Source: Lingula anatina (Eukaryota; Animalia; Brachiopoda). From it: a stretch of 64,000 nt of DNA. Position 1 is the first letter of the stretch. The number at the start of each line of letters is the position of its first letter. The notes under the pieces were generated by a model. The model saw nothing but the letters and a program-made list of their open reading frames with translations. It was not told the DNA's origin and did no database searches. The stretch covers positions 16,558,848 through 16,622,847 of the forward strand of contig CM120643.1 of NCBI GenBank assembly GCA_051362555.1, read 5' to 3'. Of this stretch, positions 10,512 to 42,814 are shown piece by piece. The position numbers and the translations under genes are program-made.

Positions 10512-11611
10512 GATAAAAGTGAAATTTCAAAGTTCTTTTTGCATATTTTCATCTATTTTCAATTTAAAGAGACATAGGTTTGAAATAGTAGTTACAGTTG
10601 TGTGTTTGCACACATGAACATAGGAATAGTGTATGTACTTACTACCACAAGTTAGATATTCATTCGAAAAACATGACCTTAAGCCTGTGACCATTGTTTA
10701 ATGCTCACTTACAGGTTACTACCCTCCTAGCAGCGTGGCAGACTATACTGAGGACACCAAGGTGACGGGCATCGACTTCCCGTCAAAGTTGTGCCAGGAC
10801 TGGGAGGAAGCTGCAGTACTTCCTGAGGGCAAAGGTGTCCGTAGAGTGACCATCAGACTTGGTCAGTAGCGAGAACCAAAAACTATAGATTGTCTAGAGG
10901 ATTTTTCTTAAAACTGTTACATCAGTTTTTTTGTTTGATTTTAATGTTTTTTTTTACTCTTAGAGGTGTGGATAATTTGGTATTATTTAAAAATTCGGCA
11001 TAATATGGAGCATCTAAAAGCATCAAGAAAACAGCAGTATGGTTTTATGATCACTTTTGGTTCACTGCCTTTGCGTTGCAGCCAAAATTGAAGCGCTAGA
11101 ACACCTCTACAGGTGGAACTGATTTTTGTCCTCCTGTAGGGATCATACCAGGCAACTTTTTATTTATTAACATATAATGGAGCATGTATATGTATGTTCT
11201 TCAGGTGTGGTATTGGGGAAAGATGGCGGCGCTATCAAACAGATGTGGTGGCAGTTCTACTTTGGAGCTGGCGGAAAAATTGGAACTGGACGCCAGTTCT
11301 TTCCGTGGATCCACATAGATGATGCTTCTGGGTTGTTTGTTTACAGCATCGAAAATGACCACGTGTCAGGAATTTTGAATGCAGTGGCTCCCCAGATCTG
11401 CACCAACGAGGAGTTTACCAAAGCATTTGCTGGGGCTATGAGAAGGCCTGCTTTCATGCCTTTCCCTGCTTTTGCAGCCAATTTAATTTTCCAGGATAGA
11501 GCCACAATGTTATTGGATGGACAGAAGGTTATACCTAAAAGAACTCTGAAACTGGGATACAAGTTTAAGTACGGTCACCTGGACGATGCATGTAAGGAAA
11601 TTGTTAGTTAG
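9096..11611 (+). CDS. SDR39U1: Epimerase family protein SDR39U1 (TIGR01777-type), about 293 aa. Exons 9096-9111, 9613-9719, 9925-10010, 10208-10326, 10715-10861, 11205-11611
   Basis: MRVLIGGGTGFIG Rossmann motif, VVNVAGEN, SRVDTTKALAEAI, SAIGYYPPS, LCQDWE, GVVLGKDGGA, FPWIHIDD, LLDGQKVIPKRTL. Exons sum to 882 nt in frame. Confidence 0.95.
10474..10509. repeat. (CA)n microsatellite in an SDR39U1 intron
   Basis: Direct reading. Confidence 0.9.
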
Positions 11612-14600
11612 TGAACTTTGGGAGGAAGAAAAGTCTATCTAGACTTTAAGATAAACCCAAACTGGTTTCGGTCTTTATGCTATCACCAGTTAACCACATT
11701 AAGTAATTGATTTTACTTATAAAGATTGTCCACGGCTGCCCTCTGTGCTGTCATTTGTATTTTAAATTCTCTCAGAAGCCTGACATAGCACCTTGGTTCA
11801 GTTAGGATAAAACTGACGTGGCTTTGTTTTTATATACTCAATCAAGCACATGTCAGCGCAAGCATTTTTGTTATATATTTTTATGGAAAAAGCATTCAGT
11901 CGATGCCTAAATGAGATTTTGACATTACTATTGAATTTTTGTTTGTTGGTTACCTTGTAATTTTCTTCAAATATTTGTAATTCTGTGAAAATTTCAGTGG
12001 AGATAATTATTTTCTGTGCATTTTTATTTTGTGATTTATACCAACCGGATGGAGAATGTAATTTCTTATTATTGTTATGTATTGCCATTGCTTCATGTAT
12101 ATGTGGTGTTAAGGAGGTAAAGATTGATGAATGACATTTAGGTGAACAAATAAATTTTCCAGTGTTGTCTACTGGAATGGTAACTGATAATGAACATGAG
12201 AAATAAGGTCTTAACTTGGGTTGTTTGTATGGTACCCATTAGCTCTTTTTTTGCCAAATACTAGTACCTACGTATTAATGAAATATGTACTTGGGTCATG
12301 TGTTTGTACACTTTATAAAGCATGTATTTAGATCTGCAGTCAAATGACTTGTGTGCAATAAGATCTGAATGTTCCAATCCAGCTGTAGTTCAGTCTAAAC
12401 GCACCGTTGAGTGGACTATATTAAAAAAAAAAACCTGATTGGACTGGTGAGTGTTTCTAACATTACAAAATACTGTTGACCAATTTCAGTTTCATTTGAA
12501 AATGTAATTTTTTATGTGTCAACTCATATTTTTCGCAGGCATTCTGTGATGCTGGGATTTATTAATTTTAATTACCTACACAAGAAAACTTACTTGGAAA
12601 ATTGGGTCATTCATAGTTATAAAACAGTTTGTTCTCATGGTTTGTTCGCATTTCATTCAATAAAGCATTCAATGTTATTCAACTTTTTTGGCCCAATTGC
12701 TAGAGGAAGGGAAGAATCCAGTCTACTTGCTACTGGTATAATTGGGAAGGCATTTATTCTTTAGTTTCTTTACATATAGCATGTCAATATTATTTAATCA
12801 TTCATAACTAATACATTCACATTTACAAGAAACAGTGGCATTCAAAGCATCAATAATTACACTGTCCTTTTTAAGTTTCATAACAAGTTCGGAAAATTCA
12901 TTTATGTATCATAGTAGTGTTTAAAGACTCCCATGTAAATGCAACCTTACACCTTTTCTACAGCAAGACCCATCATTTCGGTTTTCCTTCAAACAACACT
13001 CTTAACAATTACATATATCTGACATACCTCTGGTTTCAAACATTTCATTTTTTATTCAATATAATAACTTATTCTGCAAACTTTCTGTACAGCAAGATCC
13101 AGGTTGCCACTATTAGATCTTTTCAACAAAATCATAATTACAGTACATTTATTCCTTCACCAGTCCTTCATTGGACTCCATACTCTAAAGTTATAGCAAG
13201 AATGCTCGACTTGCTCAAGTGTAAGATCCTTTATTATTTCACAACTTTTTCCACTCTGTCATCAGTTGAATTGCAAGACCAGCTTATTTTCTATGTACAA
13301 ATTACATATCCTGTGGTGAAGAACAATTTGGTTCCTTTCTGAACTACACATTTTAAGTATGTGTGCTAATAAATCCATCACCCCCCTACATTTCTCCACC
13401 TTTGAACCCCCCTCCCCAATGCAATGTTTCTGGAAAACGCTTCTACTTTATCGTTTAACTGGGTACTTGTCTACTTTAATTCATACCACATCCAAACCCC
13501 TTGCCTTTTTTCAACAACAGATTAGAAAATGAAGTAAGCAGTTTAAATGGGCTAGTTTCAAAATTTGAAAAAAAAAAAAAAAAATGCAAAACATCTTTTT
13601 CACTTGTAAATTACAGCACTGCAAGATATCAGTGCCTATTTAATCAAATATGTCAACATCATAACAATAACAAGTATTATAGAAAGCATAGCCTAAATCT
13701 ACTATCCTCTCAGGATATGCTCTTTATTAAAGCTGATCATCACCTGTATTCAACAACACAATGTGTGCGTTTATCGAGGTGACCAAGAAAATAATTAATT
13801 TGTTCCACACCTGTCGCAAGAGACTACCATATTAAACAGTAAATGCCAAATTGAATCTAGTCTATTTAATATACGGTAACAGTTATCACTCGCCTGGAAC
13901 ACACCACCACTTTGAAACTTTTTTCTGTACAAATGGACCAAACAGTTTTTGGAGATAAATATGACTTTTGGTTCACAATTGGCAAGTAATTACCGTTTAC
14001 ACATAAAATGAGTGCAGGATAAAGCATGCAGTCCTCTCTTTTATCACACAGCTTAATTTATGATGGGTCACCAGTGCTAGTAACATTTTTGTCCTCATTT
14101 GTCATAACCCTGCACATCACAAGAGAAGATTGCTTAATTACATATTTTATCAGCCCAATTGACAAAGAGTGTTTGACTTTTTAGTTCTGATGAAAGAGTG
14201 CAGAACTAGGAGGCCTACTGTTCCTACAAAACTTGTAGGACTGCTTGCCTTCTTTCAGTCTTGTGCTGACAAGTCCGGGAGTCTCAAACATTGATCAGAA
14301 TGCTGAATCACATTGGCCAATCTACCTTGCAGTAATGGTAATCCCCATTGCTGAACTTTGTGTAGAAAACCTGCCTCTACTACTGCTGGCTGAAAATGTT
14401 GGTTTATATGGCAACTCAGAGGTAATTTCATATCGCTGTCCCTGTATGTTTTTTCTCCTCCATGCTGTTTCAGTGAGTCACTCCCCCAGTACAGCATGCA
14501 AAACCAGATGTTTATTTCCAGCTCGTCCCTCGTGTTGTATGTCCGTTCTGGTATATATCATACAGCAGACTTATTCTTTAGTACTGTCTGCTTCCTCATC

Positions 14601-14643
14601 TCCTATCTCTGGGATAATGCAGAGGGACCCCTTCTTCCTCACA

Positions 14644-32484
<17,841 letters not shown>

Positions 32485-32505
32485 TTTGTTGATCTGGAAA
32501 AATTC

Positions 32506-32551
32506 ATTATTATATTATATTATATTATATTATATTATATTATATTATATT
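32506..32551. repeat. (TATAT)n pentanucleotide microsatellite
   Basis: ttattatattatattatatt... just upstream (minus strand) of the acceptor for the AP1G1 start-codon exon. Confidence 0.9.
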
Positions 32552-34034
32552 GAAAAATAGTGTGGCACAATGCTACCACCATTACGTGCAACAAACTGAG
32601 AAGATTCATTGTTTATCACGTCACTTGAACAATAGAATAACATTAAACCAAATCCTTGGCATTTTCACTCTCTAAAAATGTATTCATCTCTGCTTCGCCC
32701 TGATATGTAATCTGTTCAGGCAACCCATGCTGGTCCTTTGTTTTCAAGTCAGTTTTTTTTTCCCATTACTAGTACTAATTTATTCTGCGAAAATATTCAT
32801 AACATTCATATCATGACAAAGACAATGTTCAATATGAGGTAAGACTGGATTCATTCACTCAGAGACTAATTTTCCATAAACTAAAAAGTGCATGTGGTGA
32901 GTAACCACTGTCACAATATATTCTCTGCAATATGTTATCTAAATTAAAGCAAGCATTCTAATTCTTGCTGTCTTTCTCACTTATCAATTTCTTTAAATAA
33001 GCACAATGACATCCATTGACCCAATTTTCCTCTTGGAAAAAAAAAAAAATAAAAATAAAAAAAAAACCTTAACCCAGCAGCAGTGGTAAAAATCCTTACT
33101 GCCTAGTACTTTAATATATAATGTGTCTCTGTCAGTGTTTTATACCAGTGCACTAAGTGTAACCTGTCACCCATACCTACCTATACCTGCTTTGTTTGCC
33201 AAACCAGCTCTGTATGCTAATGACACAGCTCTGGATAGCAGCCAAACCTGACAGCATCTGACTGCACCTGTCCGAGGGCAGACTAAAATTGTTTTTTGTT
33301 TTTGTTAAAATGGACTCCAGGCAGCCTTGATCAATATGTTCAGTGATGTTCACAGTCTAGCACACCTACAGTATGCAGGACAGGTGATGGCCATTACTCA
33401 GATGGTCAAACCAGATGTCCGTTTTCCTTCCACGTCAGTTTTATAATATGATGGTCACTGTTTTAGAGTTGCGTCTTCTCATTAGTGATACCATGGCATA
33501 CTCAATGATGATACCACTTTACCAATAATGAATGAGAAGTAATGCCAACATGACTAATACTTATGTATTCAGCCTAGTTGATCTAAAACCTAAGGGAAGA
33601 ATACTTCACAGTCAGCAATTCCATATTATTTTTTCCCTTATATTTCCACCACTGGGCACAAGGGACTTATCAGTGTAATATAAATATCATGTGTTGTTAC
33701 ATTTATAGCCAGATCTAATCATCAGTTCCTAGTGTTGCTACTAATTCTCTCCATATAAATGACAGTGCGATTCACTGAGAGAAGCCACCATGTAATATTT
33801 ACAATACTCAAAAAATAACACAATTCTCACACAAAATATTCTTTGTGAGCATCACGGTTTTGTCCAGAGCTGACTATAACACCAACATATCTTAAAGCAA
33901 TAATAACTCTTCGTTTCGGCCAAAAAATGAATTTTCCTGGAGTAAACAACAATTTTCCCATACTTACCAATGGTTAATGAATCCATTTTTACATTCAAAG
34001 TTAGTCCCTGGTTTTTTTCTAAAAAGTTTGGTTT

Positions 34035-34066
34035 TTTGTTAAAATCTCTTAAGAGATTTTAACAAA
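34035..34066. repeat. 32-bp perfect palindrome
   Basis: tttgttaaaatctctt|aagagattttaacaaa is its own reverse complement. Confidence 0.95.
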
Positions 34067-37000
34067 GTATAGACATCAATGGAGGTCACGTGGTCTAAAG
34101 ACAAGTTCAAATATCAGAATAAAAGCTATAACTGCTGTTTTTGTGGTAAAACAGAATATATTATATTTCTATGAGTTATTCACAAGGTTTTTATTGTGAA
34201 ATATAGGTCTCATACAAAGAGTTATTATCCCTTTAATCTAAACAGATAAACTACATTTTTTTAAAGTCTGGATTAGCACATCTTCCAACAGTCAGCACAG
34301 ATGAATGTCAGTGATAGCGGATGATACCAACTTCTCCCTCCCTACCTCCTCTTAAAAATCTTAAAACTTCATCCTAACACACAACCATCCCTACATACCT
34401 CGTTCGCCATTGCACAACCTACCATCTAGCCCTTGCCTGGGCCACGTAACTTCCTTGTTGTGCCACAATGCAAATTACACAGCAAGACTCTGTTCAACAT
34501 TAAACCATTGTCAAGGCGTATGTATATCATAATAAGACATCGTGACTGAACCTGTGGTCTTCAACACAGTGGAGGCAAAGCTTTAGTATGGCACACCAAT
34601 ACCATAAGGAGACGGACACACAAAGGATGTTATCATCCGCATAATATAAACTAAACTGAGGGCATGATAAATGCATTAGTGGATCAAATCATCAATGAGA
34701 GAGATGATCATTAATATCCCGTCACAGCCACAGTGATATCCCAGGTACTCATTCCACCTACTTCTGCTGTCGTTATTACCTAATTAATTATCACTGACAA
34801 CACCTTGCTGGTATCATTTCAGAATCCATTGTTCTTGGCCTAGGCTGCAGACGTTCATTTTAGGCGTGTTGACAAAAGGACCAATTTTGACCTGGGTTTC
34901 CATTAAAAAACAAAAATCTGGTGCAGTCCTAAAGTAAAGTCATTGAATGTTATTATATAAGGAGGCTTTAAGTTCAGGGTTAGGTGAGTTACCTTTAAAA
35001 TCAATGAAACGAAACATAAACTAGTTTATGCTTCAAGGGCATACGTCAGCTGCTGCTAATTCACAGCTGGGTTTCAAAAATCTGAGGAGCTAAAGGGGAA
35101 TAACATTATTGGGTCATTACGTGGTACAGTTCTATGTTAAGTCCTGTGTGAACATGACCAGAGTCCATATTATTCTGATTGTGTCAATTCCCAAGACTGT
35201 CTAATTTAGCTGTAGTCAATTCTGGAGGCTGTCTAATTTAGATATAGTTAATTTCAGTCTAGTGGCCTTCCATTTAGAGATCATTAATATTACCCATGGT
35301 TTTGAAAAAGTTCCCAACAGCCTCACAAATAAAATGGTAAAATTTACTCTGCTTAATGACCTGGACACACTTACTGCTATGTAAAACACATAAAATGCAA
35401 GGTTGCCTGGCAAAAGTAAATTACAAAATCACAAGGCAGCATTTTGTCAGTCATTAGATCAATGGCTTAATTTTTTCAATCACCTGCTTCATCTTAATAC
35501 ATTTAACTAACATATACCTGATGGATATTCTCATATCACCAGTCTTCGTCCTTTTCGATCTCATTTATTTATCTATTAGATATTATTTGTAAATATACTG
35601 TTTGACCATATGCACAGTTTGGCTTTCTAGTCTTCTTCCTCTTCCAGTCTGTAACTGTTCAGTACCTTCATCTGTTTCATCATACTAGTAAACTTAATAT
35701 GCATACTGAAGCATGTTAAATATGCCACTTCTTTAGTTGTTGCACAGATATTGGATTCAATTATTATTATATTTAGCAGGAATTACCATTTTGTCCATTT
35801 TTTTTTCTTTTTTTGTGGGACCTATCTTTTAAATGAAAACAGGTCCATCTTAATCTCATCTTAATATAGCTGCAACTGTCTTCTCCAATCTTCTCTTTCT
35901 CAGTTGGATTATTTAATCCAATGAAACCTTAGTCAAAATAAGACATTATTTTTAGACATACAACCAAGGCCTCAAATCTCATCTTAATTGCACCCTGGTC
36001 CCATCTTAAATTTTCTATTGCAATTTTTTTTTTTTTTTTTTTTTTTGGTCTGATGAAACCTTAAAAAGTAATTTTCAGACATGCAACCTGTTTTATGCTC
36101 TTTTTCTTTACAATCTTATAGGAAATGTCACCCCCCCCCCCTAAAAAAAGTTTAATGTCCAAGGCCAAAAAAAGCAAATATCAATCATAAATGCCCTTTT
36201 CCTCAGTGGCAGTGGTAAAACTAATGAACTAAGTGGAAAGGCCATTCTGTTTTTTCGATATCCCTTTCGACTATGACTTTAATGAGGCAACAGCTAATAA
36301 ATGTATAGTGTGGGTGGGTTGGTGACATTAGTGCTGAGCATTAGGTTTTAAGGGATAACACCTCTTCATATGAGATTCGAAAATTCCACAATAAAAACAT
36401 TGTAAACAACACATAAAAATATAATAAATTCCACTTTATCACCAAAACAGCAGATATCAGAAATATCCAAAAATCTGTGCTTGCCATGGGACTTTTACAT
36501 AAACACATTGAAAAAAAAGTCCATTAACTCTGAATGTCAGAATGGATTCATTAACCATGGGAAGATCACCATTTACCCCCAGGAAAATACACTTTTTGCA
36601 CTTTTCCACCAAAATGAAGAATCGTTATCCCTTTAACAAGCACCCACCAACATCACAGTTTATAAGTCCTATCACCCGTGCTATTATCTTAGCTGAACAC
36701 CTACAATGTTATTTGAAAACCACAAATTAAAATACCTAACCTTTCACACTTGTTCACAACTTTATAGCAGCTCTCTCAATTTAACTTTAAAAATAACCTT
36801 GGACACAGATTTATATCAATCAGGTAGCCTCCTAGCCACTGTGTTAGAAATAAAAGCAAGTATTATTTTTTTGCTTTTCTCCATCTATCTCTCTGCAACA
36901 CAAACTTAATGAAATAAAAAAAGCATGCCAACTTCAACAAACTAAGAGCCATATTATTACCACAATCACAGCTAACCCAGCAATCTCTTCCACATAAAAC

Positions 37001-39099
37001 TTTCAACTATAAAACCTGCAATTTTCCAAATCCTCCACTCAGACAGCATGAGATATGTGAGTCATGCACAACATGCCACGACAGTGAGGTTCCTTGACCT
37101 AAAAAAGCTGATCATTATTTGAGTTGTGGTAGCTTGTAAACATGGTCTTAGACTTGCATCCTGTAAATATCATGTTGTTAAAGAATTCTCTTCATTACTT
37201 CTCTTGTATGTTAACCTTATACTAGTACCTTACCATACACTGATATCAAAACAGATGGCAGACAGGCACCAATTTTCAAAAAATACTGCCATGTTTTTCA
37301 TCAATGTCCTTCACAAATGATAGTATTCAAACTTGACTCCAAAAATGTAAATGCTAATTGAAGACAGTTTCCAGCAGAATTGGACCAACCTGTCTCACAG
37401 AGAACTCATTGCGATTAGTTTACCACTTGCAGTCCATCTAATTATTCTGTTTCTTCCATAAAATTACAAAATCCAGAGCTAGCTATTTGTCAGTGTCGGT
37501 CAATCATCTTTGAAATTTCACACCCGTTATCATTTATATTTTGAAACATTGCACATTGACTACATAGTCAGCAACTTTTTTATTGGAATAAGATAAATAT
37601 TTGACCCTTCTTCAATAAATATTTATAACTGTGGTCTTGTTGGTCTTGTGATAAAGTCTAGGTTAGTCCCGATATGCAAGTGTTATATCACTGAGGGTAT
37701 TTTATCTGGGGCAAAGTGGCATCCTCTACAAACACAACACCCCCCTAAATGTAATAATTAACAAAACAATGTACATGGTCCCCACTTAACACCCAACTTT
37801 AGATAGCAGACAGTTTCAAGTTACATTCACAATGTATCACTCACTCTGAGTGAATCAAATCAGCTCAAGGTACGACATATAAAATGTTGAACCAAATAAC
37901 AAAATAAAACAGCACAAATCCATGGAACACAGGGGATTTTACAGTTACTTACTTTAATATAGCAAGACTATTTTCAAATTTTGTCTATAAACTACCATAA
38001 ATTCTATACTAGCAATATAATAAAATTTTAACATGAAAAATTATAGAAAATGCGAACTACAGAGTAGTCATTATGTGCTACACAGCCCTACTAGTATCAG
38101 TGCACTCGGTAGGATTTTTCTAAGGGAGTACCGTACCCCTTGCCCAAAAAAAGGGGTAATTTTCAAAATGAAGGGGTAAAATTAAAAAATGCTCATCAAG
38201 GTGTAATTTTGTGTATTAATAATCATGCAATCACACAGTTCACTTTCATAACAATAACCCACTATCCTTTTATCCAAAATCTTTTATTATTGCAATTTAA
38301 CAAAAAGAAAACAAAAACAAAATGGACAGGTCACGCATAGGTCACGACTAGATACTGTGTTTCTTTGACTAGAGTAAAAGTAACTGGTGCTACCTAGTAA
38401 ATGTAACAAAAGGAAAACATTCCTCTTTTGGCTTGAAAACAAAAATCTCAAAATAAATATAATAATAACAATCTCAAAATAAAAGATCTCATTTTAAAAA
38501 TTTTACAATCTATTCTTGACTGAGATTTAAAAATGCTCCTGGCCTAACTGCTTCCTTAGTAAAGTTTTTAAAAAAACTAGGTCAAACAAGCGCTCTGTAA
38601 TAGTTGGGAGAGGAAGAGATGGAGAACGGCGCCAAAATGTCTGGACACTGACAAGTAGTCACCCAGTATCCGTCTCTGTCAAACAAGCATTTTTTAGTAT
38701 ACTATTTGAGAAGGGACACAAAATTTACATATTTAGCCATTTTAATCAATCAAAATGTTCATACTTCTTACTCTTCCTAGTGTTTGATGCCGACAAAAAG
38801 TAGGTCAAGTCGGGAACATTAGGCACCCGTCGTTTTTAAATTTTACTAAATTGTTTATAAAAATTAAACCTTTGCTTTCAATTTGTAAATAATTACTAGA
38901 AATATTATTTCACAGTTTGTTGAAAGATAATTTTTATTTATGTTTGTTAGCGCAGCACTTCAAGTTCAACTGTTTTCTAAGCTGGCCAAATCTGGAGCTA
39001 GCCGGTTGCTGCAAACCACTTTGTTTCCAACCGGCAAATGACTGCCAATAATAAACGATCTATTTTGTCTGTGATAATAAATTTTACACTTCAAATTTT

Positions 39100-39460
39100 C
39101 CGGGCAAGTGAACAGCCGAAAGTCACTTGCGTTTCCGGGCAACTACCAGCTAAATTTTAGTTGCCCAGCTGATAAAACTAGTTGCGACACGCAACCATCG
39201 CAAGTAGGTATGTCGGACTCTGAAATCTATAGTAAATAACTTTGCCTACCTTGCATGACAAAACCTTTTAATTGACTGTTGTTTTTTTCCTTTGCTTTTC
39301 CTTTTTCTCGTCATTTTGTCATCACTGGTAATCAGCAGAGCTGGAAATTCCCGGTCGCCCGCTCGTCAAATGCGACTAAAAATTTATTCTGACGACTAAA
39401 ACTACAAAAGTCACAAGGGTTACTGGCCTTAAGTAGGCTATTTGGTCTGGGCGAGTGATT
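39100..39460. mobile_element. probable hAT-type MITE end fragments
   Basis: Short subterminal-like motifs (gggcaagt/gggcaact/gggcgagt, cgactaaa x2), one segment ending ..ctctg (39222) and one beginning cagagctggaaatt (39336). No paired TIR or TSD found. Confidence 0.3.
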
Positions 39461-39547
39461 TAAATTGGTCCTAAACGTATGGTTGCTCAATTAAAATGTT
39501 GAACAATTATGTGAATAAAAAAACGATCATTTCATCGTTGTTCATAC

Positions 39548-39860
39548 CTTGTTTATACTAAAGAGAGGCACACGTGCTTTGACCTAAAACTTGCATATTA
39601 TGACCAATCAGAGAATATTACGTCATCCTCTGCGGGTCAGTGAAAGAAGAAGCATGTTTTAGTCGGGTAATTCAAATATCTTAAGAAAAAAATGAGACAC
39701 TTGGGAATCAATTATGACATTTTCAACATGAGTCTGACCGTCAACAGTCAACGGACTGGTCAACTTCGCCGATCTTCAAAGCCAAAGGTGTGCGTATTCG
39801 TACGCGCTGGGGCTCCAGTCAATGCGTAAAAACAGCAAAACAACGCGTAATTATGCACTC
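39548..39860 (-). promoter_or_regulatory. candidate alternative promoter / first exon of AP1G1
   Basis: CpG-richer patch with CACGTG (39571), CCAAT (39604), TTACGTCA (39618) and a good minus-strand donor AAG|gtatga at 39548/39547. Confidence 0.4.
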
Positions 39861-40708
39861 TCATACGCTAACGAGTTTACTGTAGTATATTATGAACTTC
39901 TGTGTATAAAGCAGACAAAAGCCAACCATTAACTGTGTTAGTTGAGAAAATACAAAATTTCCCTTGATGATTATAATGAATATGGTAGATGTGTTATTTT
40001 CATTTAAAACTAAAAGAGCTAGTATCTCTGGGTATTCACTAGGTACTCTGGGACAACACATTTGTGTCAATATGGGTCTGACTCCCTTTCATTTATTATC
40101 TCAATTACAGAAGTCAAATGTCAAAAGTACATTTCAAAACTAACAACTGTGGAACTTCATGATCATTGAGTAAATAATGCTTAACTTATATGTATTTTTA
40201 TCAGTCCAACAAATAATGGACAAACATTCTGAAAGGCAAGTATTACATTTTCTTGACCACATCTCTTCACTCTGTATGAATACAGAAACTGAATACGCAA
40301 TAGGACTAACCCCAAGTGACTTGTGCACATTATATTCTAACAAAAGCCAAGCAGGCAAAGTTTATGTAAAACACTCTAGGGGCACACCTGCATAATATAT
40401 CTTATACCTTAGCAAACTAAATAATATTTTCCAAGTCAATAAGAAATTACATTGGTAAAAATAATCAAGATCTACCTTTTTCTATGGCCAAACTAAACTA
40501 TTTTTATATGCTATGAAGCTTTCCAATATTTCCCTCTCTGACATTAAAACCAGGTCCTGGAGTTTTTGTAGCACATATTTCATTTTAGCCGAGTAGTTTT
40601 TGCCAAACTGTAACACATGTTGAAATCTGTTCAAAATTCTTCTGAGCCAAACTCTTACTTCCTATTTAAAAACTGTTTGTGTAAACCTTAAGTATAAGAA
40701 CAGTATAA

Positions 40709-40945
40709 GGGACCATTCCCACTGATATTTAGATTGATCTATCTCCCTGGGGAGTCTCACTAAATTGCTATCGACTTAACCAGCTTAAATGTCTGTCATG
40801 CCTAGTAAAGCTGTTAGAGGGTTATTTTCTTTATCCTCTAGCCGATTCGATAGGTGTGGCAGACATTTAAGCAAGTTAAGTTGATAGCAATTTAGTGAGA
40901 TTCCCCAGGGAGTTAGACTGATCCAGATGGACAGGTCAGTCTAAA
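40709..40945. mobile_element. MITE family B, copy 1 (long internal hairpin; Tourist/Harbinger-like)
   Basis: Inverted arms of about 54 bp at 40744-40797 and 40859-40912. Homologous, in inverted orientation, to 55931-56146. Left flank TAA, right end degenerate. Confidence 0.75.
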
Positions 40946-42814
40946 AGGAACACCCAAGGTAAAGAAAGGTTGACAGAAGGGCAATACCCCAGTGCATCAC
41001 ACCACAAATACACACCTTCTCTAAAATAGTATTGACAGTATTCATCTTGCTGGTGGGGGTTTGGTACAATGGGTCCACTGAAGAAGAGTGACATAGGACA
41101 GTGACACAAGCTTTTCACTGCTACCACCTTGTTCTGCAATTCAAACACAGCTGAAAGACAAGGCACGAGACAAATATGATAGATATTACAATATGTAATT
41201 AGAGAAGAATATAGTGCAGAAAACAGATTGCAATGTTTGTATCTTACAAATCTTTCTTAAATGTTACAGAGATTTGTATTTTACAAACTTTGGGGAATTT
41301 GATACCGATACAGCCCAATAGACTAGAGTTTATTAGCAAAGTTACACTGTGCATGTGTGCTTGAGTGCATGCTTGTTACTGTATGCGCATACATACTAGT
41401 ATCTGATTCTGACATTCTATCATTTTACTAACGTCTTGATGCATTACATTATGTGCTGGTCTTGGACAAACACCAACATAATAATAATAAAGTAATGGCA
41501 TGAGAAAAGTGGTCATACAAAGATTTACAAAAGAAAATAAACATGCTAAACTTAACAAAACAAATATATATAGCAGAACATGCATTAGAGGGATAAGCAC
41601 AATTTATCTATGAAACATAACTAAATGTATTTGTCTGTTTACCCAAATATAAGATCTTTGCATCTGATTTGTTAGTTTTCTTCAAACAACAGCAAATGTG
41701 TCTAAATGCTAGACAATCTAATCATAAATGAGCATGCTTAGCCCTGCAGGGAAGAGTTGGAAAATAAACAGAATTGCAAGAACATAATTCATCATTTTAA
41801 AAACGAACAAAAGGGAAATAAATCAAGTATACCATTTAACTGAAAAAGTCAATCAATTCTTATATATAGCACATATAGTGAATATACATAAAGCATATCC
41901 TTAAAATGAGTGGCGAGCAGAAGGAAGGAGGGCTTGGGGAGGGGGAAAGAATGTGCAAGTGAACACCTTTGTATGGTGCCATGTCACCAATTAAATGAAC
42001 ACCATTTTTTTCAAAATTTCTCAAAAATGGATAATAGACATGATCACTTTTGGCTCTTCACAACATAAAGGAATGGACACCATTTCCAGATAATTAATGT
42101 TTCCGTTACCTAGCAGTGAGCATCTTACCCAACACTTTTAAAGGTTCAGCTCTAATGTTGGTCATCACTCATGATGGGGAGCCTAACAAAGTTGATCAAG
42201 ATAGATAAAAAAGAAAAGGCCAAATGTACTTAGTGAATATATAAAGCACTCACCACCCAAACACAGTAAGTGGGTGTGTAAAGTACTCACCAAGGTAGAA
42301 ATTCACTTGCACTGGCGACTGACTATTTGAGATTGCTTTTACCCTCACTATTTGCTCCCATTAACACTCTGTAGGAAAGCATGGTCAGTGGGAGCAAACT
42401 CTAGAGTACGGGTTAGAAGCCATTTAATAATTTTAATGCAGACCCCAAGGTCGTCACGCACACGAACACGGTTAGAGCTCGTCTCAGATTTGGCAAAATA
42501 TTACGGATGATTTCTTCATTACAGTAGACAATCCAGGTCAAACAAGGTTGGCAGAATGTGCTGTTTATTTTCTACCGTTTCAATCTTTTTGCCTGGATTG
42601 CCAATTGAAGAACTGCAAGACCAGTTTCATCGTCGTTAAAATAAGCCGGTTTCTTTTAACAGGAACTGGGGGAGGGAGGTGGGGTTTCGGCACACAAACA
42701 CCTTTGACAAACTAAAAATGAAGCTAAATGAAACTCAGTAAAACTATGTAGCCGATCAGCGGTAGTAATTAAACGCACCATAACGAAATCAAGAAAAAAT
42801 TTAGTGTGGTATAC

